DNA of 64,000 bases from an uncultured Desulfosarcina sp. (GCA_963674945.2 CAXXWQ010000003.1:2496001-2560000), one strand, 5' to 3'. Counted from the stretch's first letter, positions 49,312-60,414 are shown. Notes: a model not told the origin generated them from the sequence alone. Numbers and translations: made by a program.

Positions 49312-50028
49312 TCATCCCCCCAAATAGGCCTTCTTCACCTCCGGATCGTTGATCAAGGTTTCGCTGTCGCCTTCGAGCACAAGGTTGCCGTTTTCCAGCA
49401 CATACCCTTTCTGTGAGAATTTCAAGGCCAATCGGGCATTTTGCTCCACCAGCAGGATGGCGGTCCCCTCCTGCCGGTTGATCTCCTTTAGCGCCTGGAA
49501 CACATTCATCATGAGAAGGGGAGACAATCCCATGGAGGGTTCGTCCAGCAGCATCAGTCGTCGACCGCTCATGAATGCCCTGCCGATGGCGAGCATCTGC
49601 TGTTCCCCACCGCTCATGGTCCCCGATGCCTGGGATTTGCGCTCTTCGAGTCTGGGAAAAATCTCGAACACCCGGCGAATGTCTTTTTTCACCTGGTCGC
49701 GATCCTTTCTGGCAAAGGTGGCCAATTGGAGGTTCTCCATCACCGTGAGATTGCCGAACAGACGGCGACCCTCGGGAACATGCGTGATCCCCAGTTGGCT
49801 GACCACCTTGTCCGCGGCAAAAGTAAGCAGATCCTTTCCCATACAGGTCATGGCAGATCCCGCCTCCACCGGTACCATTCGGGAAACTGCGCGCAGTGTG
49901 GTGCTTTTCCCGGCACCATTGGCGCCGATGATGGTGACGATTTCACCGGCGTCGATGTTGAAGCTGATCCCGTGCAGGGCTTTGATCTTTCCGTAGGAGA
50001 CCCTGAGGTTTTCCACTGTGAGAAGCAT
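49312..50028 (-). CDS. livF: Branched-chain amino acid ABC transporter ATP-binding protein
   Basis: GANGAGKST, VPEGRR, MSGGEQQMLAIGR, LDEPSMGL, VEQN. Confidence 0.92.
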   Translation of the reverse strand: MLLTVENLRVSYGKIKALHGISFNIDAGEIVTIIGANGAGKSTTLRAVSRMVPVEAGSAMTCMGKDLLTFAADKVVSQLGITHVPEGRRLFGNLTVMENLQLATFARKDRDQVKKDIRRVFEIFPRLEERKSQASGTMSGGEQQMLAIGRAFMSGRRLMLLDEPSMGLSPLLMMNVFQALKEINRQEGTAILLVEQNARLALKFSQKGYVLENGNLVLEGDSETLINDPEVKKAYLGG

Positions 50029-50801
50029 CAGAATTCCACCTCCTGTTCGCCGATGTACGCCTCGATGACCTTGGGATGATTCTGGACCTCTTCGGGTATT
50101 CCCTCCACGAGCACCTGTCCGAAGACCAGGGCCTGAACATGCTGGCACAACTCGTGAACCACCTTCAACCGATGTTCGATGAGAAAGATGGCAAGATTGA
50201 ACCGTTCGTGGGCTTTTCTGACCACTTCGATCATGGCCATCATTTCGTCCGGCGTCATTCCAACGGTGGGTTCGTCCAGCAGCAGCACCTTGGGCTCGAT
50301 GACCAGGGCGCGGGCCATCTCCACCCGCCGCTGGGCACCGTAGGGCAGATTGATCACCAGTTGGTCGGCGAACTGATCAACGGCAAACATCCTCATGTAT
50401 TCCATGGCCATCTGCGTCGCATGACGCTCCTGTTGACGACGTTTGGGGGTGTCGAAAAAGGCGCCGCGCAGGCCATAGGAGAACTTGGAATAGCGGGCCA
50501 TTTTGATGTGTTCCAAAACCGTCATGTGGCGCCACAGCTTCATCTCCTGGAATGTGCGGGCCAGTCCCATCGCCGCCGTTTCATTGGGTTTTTTCCCGAC
50601 GAGCGGCTGGCCGTCGAATACCACCGATCCTTTTGTGGGACGATGGATACCGGTAATCAGGTTGAAGATGGTGGTTTTTCCGGCGCCGTTGGGGCCGATG
50701 AGGCCGATGATCTGTCCGGGGTCCAGACTGAGATCGTAGTTGGATACGGCCTGCAGGCCGCCGAAGTTGTGGCTCATGTCGGAAACTTGCAAAAGCGGCA
50801 T
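50028..50801 (-). CDS. livG: Branched-chain amino acid ABC transporter ATP-binding protein
   Basis: FGGL.AV, GPNGAGKTT, ARTFQ, LPYG.QRR, VIEAYIG. Confidence 0.92.
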   Translation of the reverse strand: MPLLQVSDMSHNFGGLQAVSNYDLSLDPGQIIGLIGPNGAGKTTIFNLITGIHRPTKGSVVFDGQPLVGKKPNETAAMGLARTFQEMKLWRHMTVLEHIKMARYSKFSYGLRGAFFDTPKRRQQERHATQMAMEYMRMFAVDQFADQLVINLPYGAQRRVEMARALVIEPKVLLLDEPTVGMTPDEMMAMIEVVRKAHERFNLAIFLIEHRLKVVHELCQHVQALVFGQVLVEGIPEEVQNHPKVIEAYIGEQEVEF

Positions 50802-50802
50802 A

Positions 50803-52146
50803 TCAATCCACCTCCTTGGGGCCGAAAACTTTCCTGACATCGAACTCCTTGAAGGCGATCAATCCGGTAGGCCGGTAGATCATCACCAGTATGAGCAGAA
50901 GCGGAATCACGATCCATTTCAGAATTTCCAGGGGACGCAACGCTTCGCCCAGCAGGCTGATGGAGACGGCCCCCACGATGGACCCGTACACGGAGTTGAG
51001 GCCGCCGAAATAGACCATGGCGAGCACTTCCGCCAGTTTTTGTACGCTGAACATGGCCGGATTGATATATCGAATCACATGTGCCAGCAATCCGCCGGCC
51101 ACACCGGCCCAGAACGCACCGAACATGAAGGCGGTCATCTTCGTTTTTCGGGTATTTACGGTCATGGCAGCGGCAGCGGTTTCGTCGTCGCGAACGGCGT
51201 TCAATGCCTTGCCCAGAGTGGATGTGACGAAATTGTTGATGGTCCACACGCCAAAGGCCATGGTGATGAAAATCACGGGCAAAGAGGCCCAATCCGGTTG
51301 CCCGGCGATTCCCCGGCTACCGCCCAGAGCCTGTACGTTTTCAAACAGGCTCTTGACGATGAACAAAAAGGCCAGACTGATGATGGCCAGGTAGTCTCCC
51401 CGGGTTTTGAACGAGGGAATGGCGATGATCAGCGCGCCAATGGCCGCCATGATGCCGCCGAAGAGAAGGGCCAGGGGAAATGTGACAAAGGCGCCGGAAA
51501 AGGTGAACACCGCATCCCCCAGCACCTTATCGTTGGTGAAAAGTCCCACGGTAAACAGGCTGGACATATATGCGCCGATGGCCATGAAACCGGGATGGGA
51601 ACAGGAAAATTCTCCCATGTATCCGTTGATGATGTTCAAGCTCAAGGTGAACAGGACGGCGATCAGCGTCAGTTTGAGGGTGATCAGGCGATAGTCGCTC
51701 ATCTCGGCCCAGATGTGAAGAACCGCGTACATCACCCCCAATTGAACCATTGCGGTGATCACGAGGGGGAACCGCTGCAGGTATCGGCACAATCCATTGG
51801 CCGGCTTGGCAACCGCCCGTGAGACGAGTACCAGGGGTATCAGGTAGATGACGATGAAGTAAGCCAGGGCACCTGGAATATGGAATAGCGTAGCCCAATC
51901 AAACACCTCTCCCTTTAGCAGTAAATTGATGATTCCGGCAAAGACCTTGAACGTGGTGAGAAGACCGAAAAGCACCGGCATCTTGGGCAGACCCAGAATC
52001 GAAGCCAGGTCTTCGCCCACCAATTGTTCCCAAAAGGCGCAGGCCAAAAAACCGATTAAAAATCCCAACAGGGGTACCGGCGTAAAAAACAGGCCAATCC
52101 GATCGAAGATATTGTTCGGTTTGGGGGCAAGGGCATTTTCCATCAT
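50803..52146 (-). CDS. livM: Branched-chain amino acid ABC transporter permease
   Basis: SLNIINGYMGEFS, RGDYLAI, AVRDDE, with extra N-terminal TMs. Confidence 0.88.
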   Translation of the reverse strand: MMENALAPKPNNIFDRIGLFFTPVPLLGFLIGFLACAFWEQLVGEDLASILGLPKMPVLFGLLTTFKVFAGIINLLLKGEVFDWATLFHIPGALAYFIVIYLIPLVLVSRAVAKPANGLCRYLQRFPLVITAMVQLGVMYAVLHIWAEMSDYRLITLKLTLIAVLFTLSLNIINGYMGEFSCSHPGFMAIGAYMSSLFTVGLFTNDKVLGDAVFTFSGAFVTFPLALLFGGIMAAIGALIIAIPSFKTRGDYLAIISLAFLFIVKSLFENVQALGGSRGIAGQPDWASLPVIFITMAFGVWTINNFVTSTLGKALNAVRDDETAAAAMTVNTRKTKMTAFMFGAFWAGVAGGLLAHVIRYINPAMFSVQKLAEVLAMVYFGGLNSVYGSIVGAVSISLLGEALRPLEILKWIVIPLLLILVMIYRPTGLIAFKEFDVRKVFGPKEVD

Positions 52147-52169
52147 GTTCTATCCTTGGAAAGCTACAG

Positions 52170-52308
52170 AAGTCAGAAGCCAGTATTCAGGAGCCAGAAT
52201 GAATCTGATGTCGCTTCGCTCCGTCGATTGGATAACATGGATCGAGCCAAAGGCGAATACCTGATTCTGGATTCTGAGTTCTGACTCCTGGATTCTTTTA
52301 ACAATAAT
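52170..52308. repeat. Dispersed palindromic (REP/MITE-like) family A, copy 2, inside the liv operon
   Basis: Close match to 18883-19014. Confidence 0.85.
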
Positions 52309-52400
52309 ACCTAAGAGCCAATGAACGCTGACCTTTTCCAGAAGACCGAGTTTTCTACACCTCAATAAATTCCAAATCATGATCGAGCGTTATCGACGAA

Positions 52401-53366
52401 TCAAAGCCGCAGCTTCGCACTGTATTCCTGGCCGAAGAGGCCGTGCGGCCGAAAGATCAAAATGATCAGGACGATGGAATAGGCGATAAGGTCACGCAGG
52501 TTGGAGCCGATGTTCAGGGCAAAGAGCCGGTTGACGATCTGGATGGCCGGTACGGTCATGATTTCGATGAACCCCAGCATGAAACCGGCGACACAGGCAC
52601 CCATGATAGACCCTCTTCCGCCGAGGATGGCCGCCACGAAGGCCTTCCACCCGAAGCTCACCCCCATGTAGGGGTCCAGCACCGGATATGCCAGGCCGAA
52701 GAGAATGCCGGCGGCGGCGGCAAGGGCCGAACCGATGGCAAAGGTCAGGGCGGCAATGGTGTTCAGGGGCACGCCCACAAGGGGTACGACCACATAATCA
52801 TAGGCCATGGCACGCATGGCCATGCCCCATCGGGTACGGTTGATCAACTGGTGAAGCGCCAGCATCAGGGTAAGAGAAACCAGCACGATCATGATTTTCT
52901 TGTTGGTCACATAGACACCACCGATGTTGTAGGTGACCGATTGGATCAATTGTGGAAATTTCAACCGCTGGCCCCCCAAAAAAAGGATATTGCCGGTTTC
53001 CAGGATGATGCCGATCATCAATCCGGTAATGGCGGCCGATGCCCGCGGCGCCTCCCGCAAAGGCCGGTATCCGACCCGTTCGACGATGATTCCAACGAAC
53101 GCGGTGAGAAACATGGAGATGAGGATGGTCAGCACCAAAAGAATCCATCCGGGTAGGATGGCAGACGCCCCTGCGCCGAACAATGCCAGGAGGCCCAGCG
53201 AAACACCCAATCCGATATAGGCGCCGACCATGAAGATATCGCCATGGGCGAAATTAAACAGCATCAAAATGCTGTACACCATGGAGTAGCCGAGGGCGAT
53301 CAGGGCATAGAAACTGCCCCATTGCAGGGCGTTGATCAAATTCTGCATGAAAAAATTGAACGTCAT
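52401..53366 (-). CDS. livH: Branched-chain amino acid ABC transporter permease
   Basis: GSFYALIALGYSMVY, NFAHGD, G.AMRA, KAFVAAILGG. Confidence 0.92.
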   Translation of the reverse strand: MTFNFFMQNLINALQWGSFYALIALGYSMVYSILMLFNFAHGDIFMVGAYIGLGVSLGLLALFGAGASAILPGWILLVLTILISMFLTAFVGIIVERVGYRPLREAPRASAAITGLMIGIILETGNILFLGGQRLKFPQLIQSVTYNIGGVYVTNKKIMIVLVSLTLMLALHQLINRTRWGMAMRAMAYDYVVVPLVGVPLNTIAALTFAIGSALAAAAGILFGLAYPVLDPYMGVSFGWKAFVAAILGGRGSIMGACVAGFMLGFIEIMTVPAIQIVNRLFALNIGSNLRDLIAYSIVLIILIFRPHGLFGQEYSAKLRL

Positions 53367-53414
53367 GGAAGGCGGCTCCCGTCGTCGGATAAAAAAGGTA
53401 GGCCCGTAGCGGTG

Positions 53415-53448
53415 CCGGCCGCCTCTCCCAATGGGCAGAAGCGGCCGG
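53415..53448 (-). terminator. GC-rich hairpin after the binding-protein gene (partial terminator or mRNA stabiliser)
   Basis: Inverted repeat CCGGCCGC...GCGGCCGG with an inner stem, between livK and livH. Confidence 0.45.
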
Positions 53449-53494
53449 TGAATCATGATCCATAGATTCGCTTCGGGGATATGAGGATACTATA

Positions 53495-54667
53495 CTATTT
53501 CGGGCAGACCGATTTATAAAACGCGAATTTGCCCTCTTCGTTGATCTTGACCACGACGGCACATTTTTTCGGATCCCCTTCGGGGGTGAAGGTCATCCCG
53601 CCGGTGATGCCGGGATAGTTTTTCACAGCGGCCAGGGCATCTTTCACCTTGGTACGATCGGCCTTGATGTCTCCGGAAAGGCCACCGGTATTCTTGATGG
53701 CCTGGATCATCAGGCCCAGGGCGTCCCAGGTCAGTGCAGCCACGTCGTCCGGGGTTTTTCCATACTCGGCGGTGTAGGCATCGATAAAGGCCTTGGTTTC
53801 CCCCTTGGCACCGGCCGCGGCATAGTGGGTGGAGAAGTAATAGCCCTTGCAGTCGTCGCCGCACAGTCCCATCAGATCGCCACTGCCCCAGCTGTCGGAA
53901 CCGAGAATGGGTTTGTTCCATCCCATCTCCTTGGCGGCACGAACGATCAGGGGCACTTCGCTGTAGTACTGGGGCGTAAACAAAATGTCGGCACCGCTCA
54001 TCATGATGTTGGTCATCTGGGCCGAAAAGTCCTTGTCACCGGTAGTAAAGGTCTCGAAAGCCACGACGGAGCCGGGACCATGAATCTTCTCGAAGGCCTC
54101 TTTGAAAAATTCGGCAAGCCCCTTGGGATAGTCCGCTGCGATGTCGTATAGCACGGCGGCCTTTTTCGCCCCCAGTTCGTCCGTTGCGAAATTGGCGACC
54201 ACCGGTCCCTGGAAGGGATCCAAAAAGCACCCGCGGAACACATAGGGACGATCCAGGGTCGTGTTCGGGTTGGTGGACCAGGGACTGATCATGGGGGTGG
54301 CGAAATTGTTGGCCACCTCACCGGCCGGAACGGCCTGGCTTGAGCTTTGGGGGCCGATGATGCCAAGAACATTCTCCTCAGTGATCAGCTTGGTGCTCAC
54401 CTTCACGGCGGATTCAGCCTTGTATTCGTTGTCATCATAGATGAACTGCAAAGTGTAGGACTTCCCCCCCACTTTGATCTCAGGGGTTTTTGCATGGAAC
54501 ATTTCGGCGGCATTCTTTGACGATGCGCCCACATCCGGGTTGTCCCCGGTCAAAGGAATGTTAAAACCGATCTTGATAGTCTCTTTCGCATCCGCATTGG
54601 CCGCCGGAAACGCGAAAACCAGAACAGCGATGAACAGTACTAAGAAAGATAAAAAACCGTTTCGCAT
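53495..54667 (-). CDS. livK: Branched-chain amino acid ABC transporter substrate-binding protein
   Basis: Signal peptide, IKIG..PLTG, YVFR.CF.D.FQG, DFSAQ. ATG at 54667 with a GAGG SD. Confidence 0.88.
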   Translation of the reverse strand: MRNGFLSFLVLFIAVLVFAFPAANADAKETIKIGFNIPLTGDNPDVGASSKNAAEMFHAKTPEIKVGGKSYTLQFIYDDNEYKAESAVKVSTKLITEENVLGIIGPQSSSQAVPAGEVANNFATPMISPWSTNPNTTLDRPYVFRGCFLDPFQGPVVANFATDELGAKKAAVLYDIAADYPKGLAEFFKEAFEKIHGPGSVVAFETFTTGDKDFSAQMTNIMMSGADILFTPQYYSEVPLIVRAAKEMGWNKPILGSDSWGSGDLMGLCGDDCKGYYFSTHYAAAGAKGETKAFIDAYTAEYGKTPDDVAALTWDALGLMIQAIKNTGGLSGDIKADRTKVKDALAAVKNYPGITGGMTFTPEGDPKKCAVVVKINEEGKFAFYKSVCPK

Positions 54668-54807
54668 GTGATTCCTCCTTGATTCTGCCGTTTGGGTGGG
54701 TAGGTGGGTGAAAATTGGTTCGGGGTTGACAATCATCTTTTTTATCACGGGAATAGTGGTTTTTCAACGCCATTTTCCGGTGTATTTACGATCGCCGTTT
54801 GGTTTTT

Positions 54808-55017
54808 TCACTTCCGGAAGATATCTGCGGCCATCTCCTTTAAAATGGAAAGAACGTTTCCGCCACGTTCACGGGCGATGCGATGGGCGTCGTCCACCAG
54901 TTTTTCTGCTTGTCTTTGCAAAAAAGCCTGATTCGGTCGTTCCGATTCGTTCTTTTCATACTGCCATGAAAGCAGACGAACGGCGGCCTTTATCTGCTGA
55001 TTTCTAAAAAACCCCAT
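54808..55017 (-). CDS. Small hypothetical protein
   Basis: 69-aa helical ORF filling the holA-livK gap, co-oriented with both. Confidence 0.6.
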   Translation of the reverse strand: MGFFRNQQIKAAVRLLSWQYEKNESERPNQAFLQRQAEKLVDDAHRIARERGGNVLSILKEMAADIFRK

Positions 55018-55111
55018 GAACGCTATTCTTCCCTCTTCAATGCTTCCTCTTCTTCCGACTTCATGGTGATTTCAACGTCGGCCCTGTTACCCGTCTTCTT
55101 TCGCCCTTTTA

Positions 55112-56587
55112 CTACCTTGTCGGCGGAAACGCTGAACCCATGGGGGCTGCCGATTGCCGGCAAAAACCCAACAGGAAGTTTTCCAGCAACATCAGTGGGT
55201 CCTGTCCGGTGGATTTCATCCGGCGGTCGATTTCACCGAGATGTACCATGGCTGAAATCAACGTTTCCCGGGAGAAGTAATCGGCTTTTTTCAACGCCTG
55301 GAAGACCGGAAACGGGCTCTTTGGATTTCTTGCCAGAACCAGGTCGCTGGCGGGCTTCTTTTTTCTTGCCGTCCCGTTGCCAACCGGTTGCAGCAACCCC
55401 TCCCACGATTCGAGCAGGTTCCCAAACAGGCCATCGTCTTTTTGTATTTTTGGGAAAATTCCGGTTTTGAACTGGGGAAAAGAGATCTGCGGGGACCAAT
55501 GGAGATCCGGGTTTCGAAGTAAAAAATCCTTGGCAACAATCAGCCTTCGGATCTGATTGGCCACTGCCGACAAAAGCTGGAGGGGGTGCATTCCGTCACC
55601 TGTCAGGCTCTTCAGAAAAAAGAGGCAGGCCGACAGGTCCCGATCCCCGACGGCGTTGGTAAATTCGAAGATGGGGTCCTTTCTTGTCCTGCTCAGCAAA
55701 AAAGTGACGTCGTCGTCGGAAATGGTCTTTCGGTCTCCGACATACTGGATCAGCTTGTCCATATTACCGGAAAGGGTTCGCAGATCGAAGCCGGTCCAGG
55801 ACATGATCCGACGACGGGCATCGGCGGACAGACGCTTGTCGGCCTTTTTCAATGCACCGTCGATGGTCGCATTCATGACCGCATCCCGGGCCATTCGGTC
55901 AGACCGCGTCTCGCCCGCGGGAACGCTGCAGTCCACCACCACACCCGTCTGGCCGATGGCCTTGAACAGGGCCTTTCGTCGATCCACGATATCGGTGACG
56001 ATCAGCAGGCGATGTCCTTGGGGAAAACCCTTTTCCATGGCGCTTGTTACCAGGCTTGCATCGTCCCCCCCCACCGGAACCGTCAGCCTGTTTTCCCGGC
56101 AGTAGTCCAACAGTTCGGAAAACCAGCTTGGCGGCTCTTCCTCCACATCCTCGACCACCTTGCCGCGTCCCGCCGGGCTATCCATGTCTTCCAGGCGCAG
56201 ACCGCAAATGGCCAGTAGACTCAAGAACGGACGGGCCGCCTTTTTCATCTCACCACCAGAGGCCGCCTTCTCCATTTTTTCACGCAAGCCCTGCTGGGCC
56301 CGGCTGGAATAGAAAATTCGGGCGTCTTGTAGTACCACCAGTTTTTTGGGGGACAAAAGGGCATAAGTGGCGAGACTCGCCAGTGCATCGGCGATGTTGT
56401 CCTGACTTCCGTCGAAGGTTTCGACGCCGACGGATCGGTCCGCCTCATCCACCAGGAGATGAATCGCCTGATCCCTGGCTGTTTTGCACAGCATCTCTTC
56501 TCCGAAAATCAGCGTGACGGCAGGCCAGGTGTCGACTTTGGCGCCTTTCAGAAAATCGGGCAGGTTATCGTAGGTAACGGTGGGCAT
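55112..56587 (-). CDS. holA: DNA polymerase III delta subunit (extended)
   Basis: LIFGEE.L, KLVVL.DA, DRRKALFK, MDKL..Y, IFEFTNAV, HPLQLL, D.RMKSTG. Confidence 0.85.
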   Translation of the reverse strand: MPTVTYDNLPDFLKGAKVDTWPAVTLIFGEEMLCKTARDQAIHLLVDEADRSVGVETFDGSQDNIADALASLATYALLSPKKLVVLQDARIFYSSRAQQGLREKMEKAASGGEMKKAARPFLSLLAICGLRLEDMDSPAGRGKVVEDVEEEPPSWFSELLDYCRENRLTVPVGGDDASLVTSAMEKGFPQGHRLLIVTDIVDRRKALFKAIGQTGVVVDCSVPAGETRSDRMARDAVMNATIDGALKKADKRLSADARRRIMSWTGFDLRTLSGNMDKLIQYVGDRKTISDDDVTFLLSRTRKDPIFEFTNAVGDRDLSACLFFLKSLTGDGMHPLQLLSAVANQIRRLIVAKDFLLRNPDLHWSPQISFPQFKTGIFPKIQKDDGLFGNLLESWEGLLQPVGNGTARKKKPASDLVLARNPKSPFPVFQALKKADYFSRETLISAMVHLGEIDRRMKSTGQDPLMLLENFLLGFCRQSAAPMGSAFPPTR

Positions 56588-56590
56588 TCG

Positions 56591-56728
56591 GGTTCTCTGT
56601 TTTCAGTTCACGGTTCTCAGTTCTCAGTTCATGGAACCGCCTACGGATCGCACAGGTCTTTCGTTAAGCTTCCACCAAGACAAAAACGACCCGGAATCAC
56701 GAACCGCGAACCGTGAACTGTGAACCGT
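56591..56728. repeat. Inverted arrays of heptamer repeats (6 x GTTCWC-type, 5 x GAACCG-type)
   Basis: Arrays at 56591-56632 and 56694-56728 are mutually reverse-complementary and span the lspA-holA gap. Confidence 0.75.
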
Positions 56729-56735
56729 TTGTTCG

Positions 56736-57293
56736 TTATTCCGGCATTTTCCCCAAGACCAGGTGGGCGATAAAAATCGCAATCCCGATGGTAATGGCAC
56801 TGTCGGCTGCGTTGAAGGACGGCCAATGGTAACTGCCCAGGTACAAGTCGAGAAAATCCACCACCTCCCCGAAACGGAGCCGGTCGATGAGGTTTCCCAC
56901 CGCACCGCCGAAGATCATGGCCATGGCCGCCGCCAGGCTCCGATGAGTCCTTGGTGTGATACGATAAAAATAGACGATCAAACCCAAGGCGACGACAGAT
57001 ACCCCGATGAACAAAAGGTTCCGGATCCCCTGGCTTCCGGTGGCCATAAATCCGAAGGCACCGCCGGGATTGCGGATGTGCGTGATGTTGAAAAATCCCG
57101 GAATAACGGACATGACATCGTACAGGGGCATCCGGGTCAAGATAAGGTGTTTGGTGATTTGATCGATCACCACCACCGACACGGCGATGAGCACAAAAGC
57201 TTTTGCACCCATGGAAGCCGGCAACGACGCGCCGGCCTGCATTTCTCCGCTTTTTGGGGATTGGCTCCCGGTTTCCGTGGTTTCAGACGTCAT
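56736..57293 (-). CDS. lspA: Lipoprotein signal peptidase
   Basis: DQITK, NPGGAFG, GAVGNLIDR, VVDFLD, WPSFNAAD. Follows ileS. Confidence 0.95.
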   Translation of the reverse strand: MTSETTETGSQSPKSGEMQAGASLPASMGAKAFVLIAVSVVVIDQITKHLILTRMPLYDVMSVIPGFFNITHIRNPGGAFGFMATGSQGIRNLLFIGVSVVALGLIVYFYRITPRTHRSLAAAMAMIFGGAVGNLIDRLRFGEVVDFLDLYLGSYHWPSFNAADSAITIGIAIFIAHLVLGKMPE

Positions 57294-57300
57294 GATCCTC

Positions 57301-60126
57301 CTATTGGTCGGGGGTTTGCGCTGCGGGACCGACATTCATCTCCACAAGGGACTGGCCGCATCTTTCGCAAATGGTTGGGTGATCCGCATCCTTGCCGACG
57401 CTGTCGTCATAGACCCAGCAGCGTTGGCATTTCTCACCGCCGGCAGGGGCCACGGCCACCCAGACCCCTTCCATCTCCCGGCTGGTATAGGCACCGTCGA
57501 TTTCACCCTTTACCATCTTCGCCTCGGAGACGATGAGAATGGATCGAAGATCTTCGGCAAAATCCGCCAGGACGGCATAAAGATCGTTCCCGAGACCCAA
57601 AGTGACCGCCGAATCGAGGCTGTGGCCGATCACCTTGTCGACGCGGGCCTGCTCCAGCGCTTTGGTCACTTCGGCCCGCACATCGATGAGGGTCTCCCAT
57701 TTCTTGGCCAGCGCCACATCCTGCAGTTTGTCATCCGCCTGTGGAAACAAGACGAGGTGGATACTCTCGGCCTTGTCGGCATAGGATGGCATGTGTTTCC
57801 AGATCTCCTCTGCGGTAAAGGGCATGATGGGGGCCATGATCCGTACGATGGCGTCCAGGATGGTATACATGGCCGTCTGGGCACTTCGGCGTTTTCGGGA
57901 GGCCGGCGGACTGGTATAGAGACGGTCCTTTAAAATATCGAGATAGAACGAACTCAGGTCCACGGTGCAGTAGTTATACAGCCGATGGTAGATCACATGG
58001 AACTCGTAGGTATCGTATGCCTCCAGCGCCCTTTTGATCAGGTCCTGGAGCTTGTGCAGGGCGAATCGATCGATCTCCAGCAGTTCATCGTAGGGCAGCG
58101 CATCGGTCAGCGGAGAAAAATCGGAAAGGTTGCCAAGCAGAAACCGGCTGGTATTGCGAATCCGGCGATAGGCGTCGGAAAGCTGTTTTAGGATACCGTC
58201 GGAAATTCTCACATCGTCCCGATAGTCCGAGGCCGATACCCACATACGCAGGATCTCCGCCCCGTATTTGTTGATCACTTCCTTGGGTGCCACCACATTG
58301 CCCAGTGACTTGGACATTTTCTTGCCCTTGGCATCCACCACGAAGCCGTGGGTCAGTACGCTCTGGTAGGGGGCCGCCCCCCGTGTTCCCACCGCGGTCA
58401 ACAGGGCACTGTGAAACCATCCCCGGTGCTGGTCCGACCCTTCCAGGTAAAGATCCGCAGGCCACTTCAGATAGTCCCGATCTTCCAGAACCGCGGCATG
58501 GCTTACGCCGGAATCGAACCAGACATCGAGAATGTCGGTCTCCTTGACAAAGCCGTCGTGGCCGCAGCTTTCACAGACCGAGCCCGGGGGAAGCAGGTCT
58601 GCGGTATCCTTTTCGAACCAGACGTCGGCGCCGTGTGCTTCGAACTGCTTGAAAATGTGATCCATGACCGCCTCGTTCATGTGGACCGCATCACATTTTT
58701 CGCAGATGAAAACCGTGATGGGAACGCCCCAGGCCCGTTGTCTGGATACGCACCAGTCCGGACGGTTTTCGATCATTCCGTAGATGCGCTCCCGGCCCCA
58801 GTGGGGAATCCACGTAACCCTTTCGATCTCTTCGAGGGATTTCTTTCGCAGACCAGTCTTCTCCATGGATATGAACCATTGGGGCGTGGCCCGGAAGATG
58901 ACCGGACGTTTGCAGCGCCAGCAGTGGGGATAGCTGTGGGCGATGTCTGTCCTGGCCAGCAGCACCCCTTTTTCCTCTAAAGTCTGGTTGATGGCGTCGT
59001 TTGCCTTGAACACGAACTGTCCGGCAAACGGGCCGACTTCGTCTGTGAAGACGCCGTTGTCGTCCACCGGTGAATAGGCGTCCAAACCGTACGCCAGCGC
59101 CACGTCGTAGTCCTCCCGGCCATGCCCTGGTGCGGTATGCACACAACCGGTTCCGGCTTCCAGGGTGACGTGATCGCCCAGGATAATCAGGGAATCCCGG
59201 TCGTAGAAAGGATGACGACAACGTTTGTTCTCCAGTTCCCGGGCCGACAGGTCGGCGATGATCGCAAAATCGTCGATACCGAAGATCTTCATGCAGTCGT
59301 CCACCAGTTCCCGGGCCATGACGAGCACCTCGTTACTGCCGGTCTCAACCGCAACGTATTCGAAATCCGGATGAAGGGCCACGGCCAGGTTTGCCGGAAG
59401 GGTCCAGGGAGTGGTGGTCCAGATCACCACGAAGACCTCTTTTCCGGCCAATTCGGAAGAGATCGCCGCCGGGTCGTCTTTTAACGGAAACTTGACGAAG
59501 ACCGATGGCGATGTCTCGTCCTTGTATTCAATCTCCGCCTCGGCCAGGGCCGTCTTACAGCTGCAGCACCAGTGAATGGGTTTCTTGCTGCGAAACAGGC
59601 TGCCGTTCATGGCGAATTTGCAGAGCTCCTTGGCGATGATCGCCTCGTAGCGGTAGTTCATGGTCAGATAGGGGTTGTCCCACTCGCCCATGACACCCAG
59701 TCGCTTGAACTCGTCCCGCTGGATATCGATGAATTTCTCGGCATAGGCGCGACAGCGACGCCGGACCTGGGCTTGGGTCATCGTAAGTTTCTTTTTTCCC
59801 AGTTCCTTGTCCACATTGTGCTCGATGGGAAGGCCGTGGCAATCCCACCCGGGCACGTACACGGCGTCGAAACCGGACATCTGGCGGCTGCGAACGATGA
59901 TGTCCTTTAAGATTTTGTTCAGAGCCGTTCCGATATGGATATGACCGTTGGCATAGGGCGGGCCGTCGTGCAGGATATACGTGGGCTTCCCTTTGGATGC
60001 CTCCCGGATGCGACCGTACAACCCCTCGTCGTACCAGGCTTCCAGTTGGTTGGGTTCACGACCGGCAAGATTCGCTTTCATGGGGAAACCGGTCTTGGGA
60101 AGGTTCAGGGTCTTTTTATAATCCAT
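57301..60126 (-). CDS. ileS: Isoleucine--tRNA ligase
   Basis: [34 protein letters not shown]-terminal zinc finger. Confidence 0.98.
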   Translation of the reverse strand: MDYKKTLNLPKTGFPMKANLAGREPNQLEAWYDEGLYGRIREASKGKPTYILHDGPPYANGHIHIGTALNKILKDIIVRSRQMSGFDAVYVPGWDCHGLPIEHNVDKELGKKKLTMTQAQVRRRCRAYAEKFIDIQRDEFKRLGVMGEWDNPYLTMNYRYEAIIAKELCKFAMNGSLFRSKKPIHWCCSCKTALAEAEIEYKDETSPSVFVKFPLKDDPAAISSELAGKEVFVVIWTTTPWTLPANLAVALHPDFEYVAVETGSNEVLVMARELVDDCMKIFGIDDFAIIADLSARELENKRCRHPFYDRDSLIILGDHVTLEAGTGCVHTAPGHGREDYDVALAYGLDAYSPVDDNGVFTDEVGPFAGQFVFKANDAINQTLEEKGVLLARTDIAHSYPHCWRCKRPVIFRATPQWFISMEKTGLRKKSLEEIERVTWIPHWGRERIYGMIENRPDWCVSRQRAWGVPITVFICEKCDAVHMNEAVMDHIFKQFEAHGADVWFEKDTADLLPPGSVCESCGHDGFVKETDILDVWFDSGVSHAAVLEDRDYLKWPADLYLEGSDQHRGWFHSALLTAVGTRGAAPYQSVLTHGFVVDAKGKKMSKSLGNVVAPKEVINKYGAEILRMWVSASDYRDDVRISDGILKQLSDAYRRIRNTSRFLLGNLSDFSPLTDALPYDELLEIDRFALHKLQDLIKRALEAYDTYEFHVIYHRLYNYCTVDLSSFYLDILKDRLYTSPPASRKRRSAQTAMYTILDAIVRIMAPIMPFTAEEIWKHMPSYADKAESIHLVLFPQADDKLQDVALAKKWETLIDVRAEVTKALEQARVDKVIGHSLDSAVTLGLGNDLYAVLADFAEDLRSILIVSEAKMVKGEIDGAYTSREMEGVWVAVAPAGGEKCQRCWVYDDSVGKDADHPTICERCGQSLVEMNVGPAAQTPDQ

Positions 60127-60200
60127 CGATGCCTCCGTATCGTCATTTCATGGTAAACGAGAATTTTTACGTTGAACGCCCATTTATGTCAAGGTATATA

Positions 60201-60256
60201 GTCGCTTCGCTCCGTCAATTGGATCATATGGATCGAGCAAAAAGGCGAATACCTGA
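60201..60256. repeat. Family A core only (copy 3)
   Basis: GTCGCTTCGCTCCGTCAATTGGAT..GATCGAGCAAAAAGGCGAATACCTGA matches 52210-52264, without the flanking arms. Confidence 0.8.
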
Positions 60257-60414
60257 GTGCGGAGAGCCAGGTTTGTTGACCGTACAAAGCGGCTAACGGG
60301 TTGGACCCGGCCTGTGAGTATGGTATCTATAGCAGAAAAAAGCGGAATGACTCAACATTATCGTTATTGGTTTTTCGCTTAAAACGTAACACTTTGTATT
60401 TATATGGAAACGTC

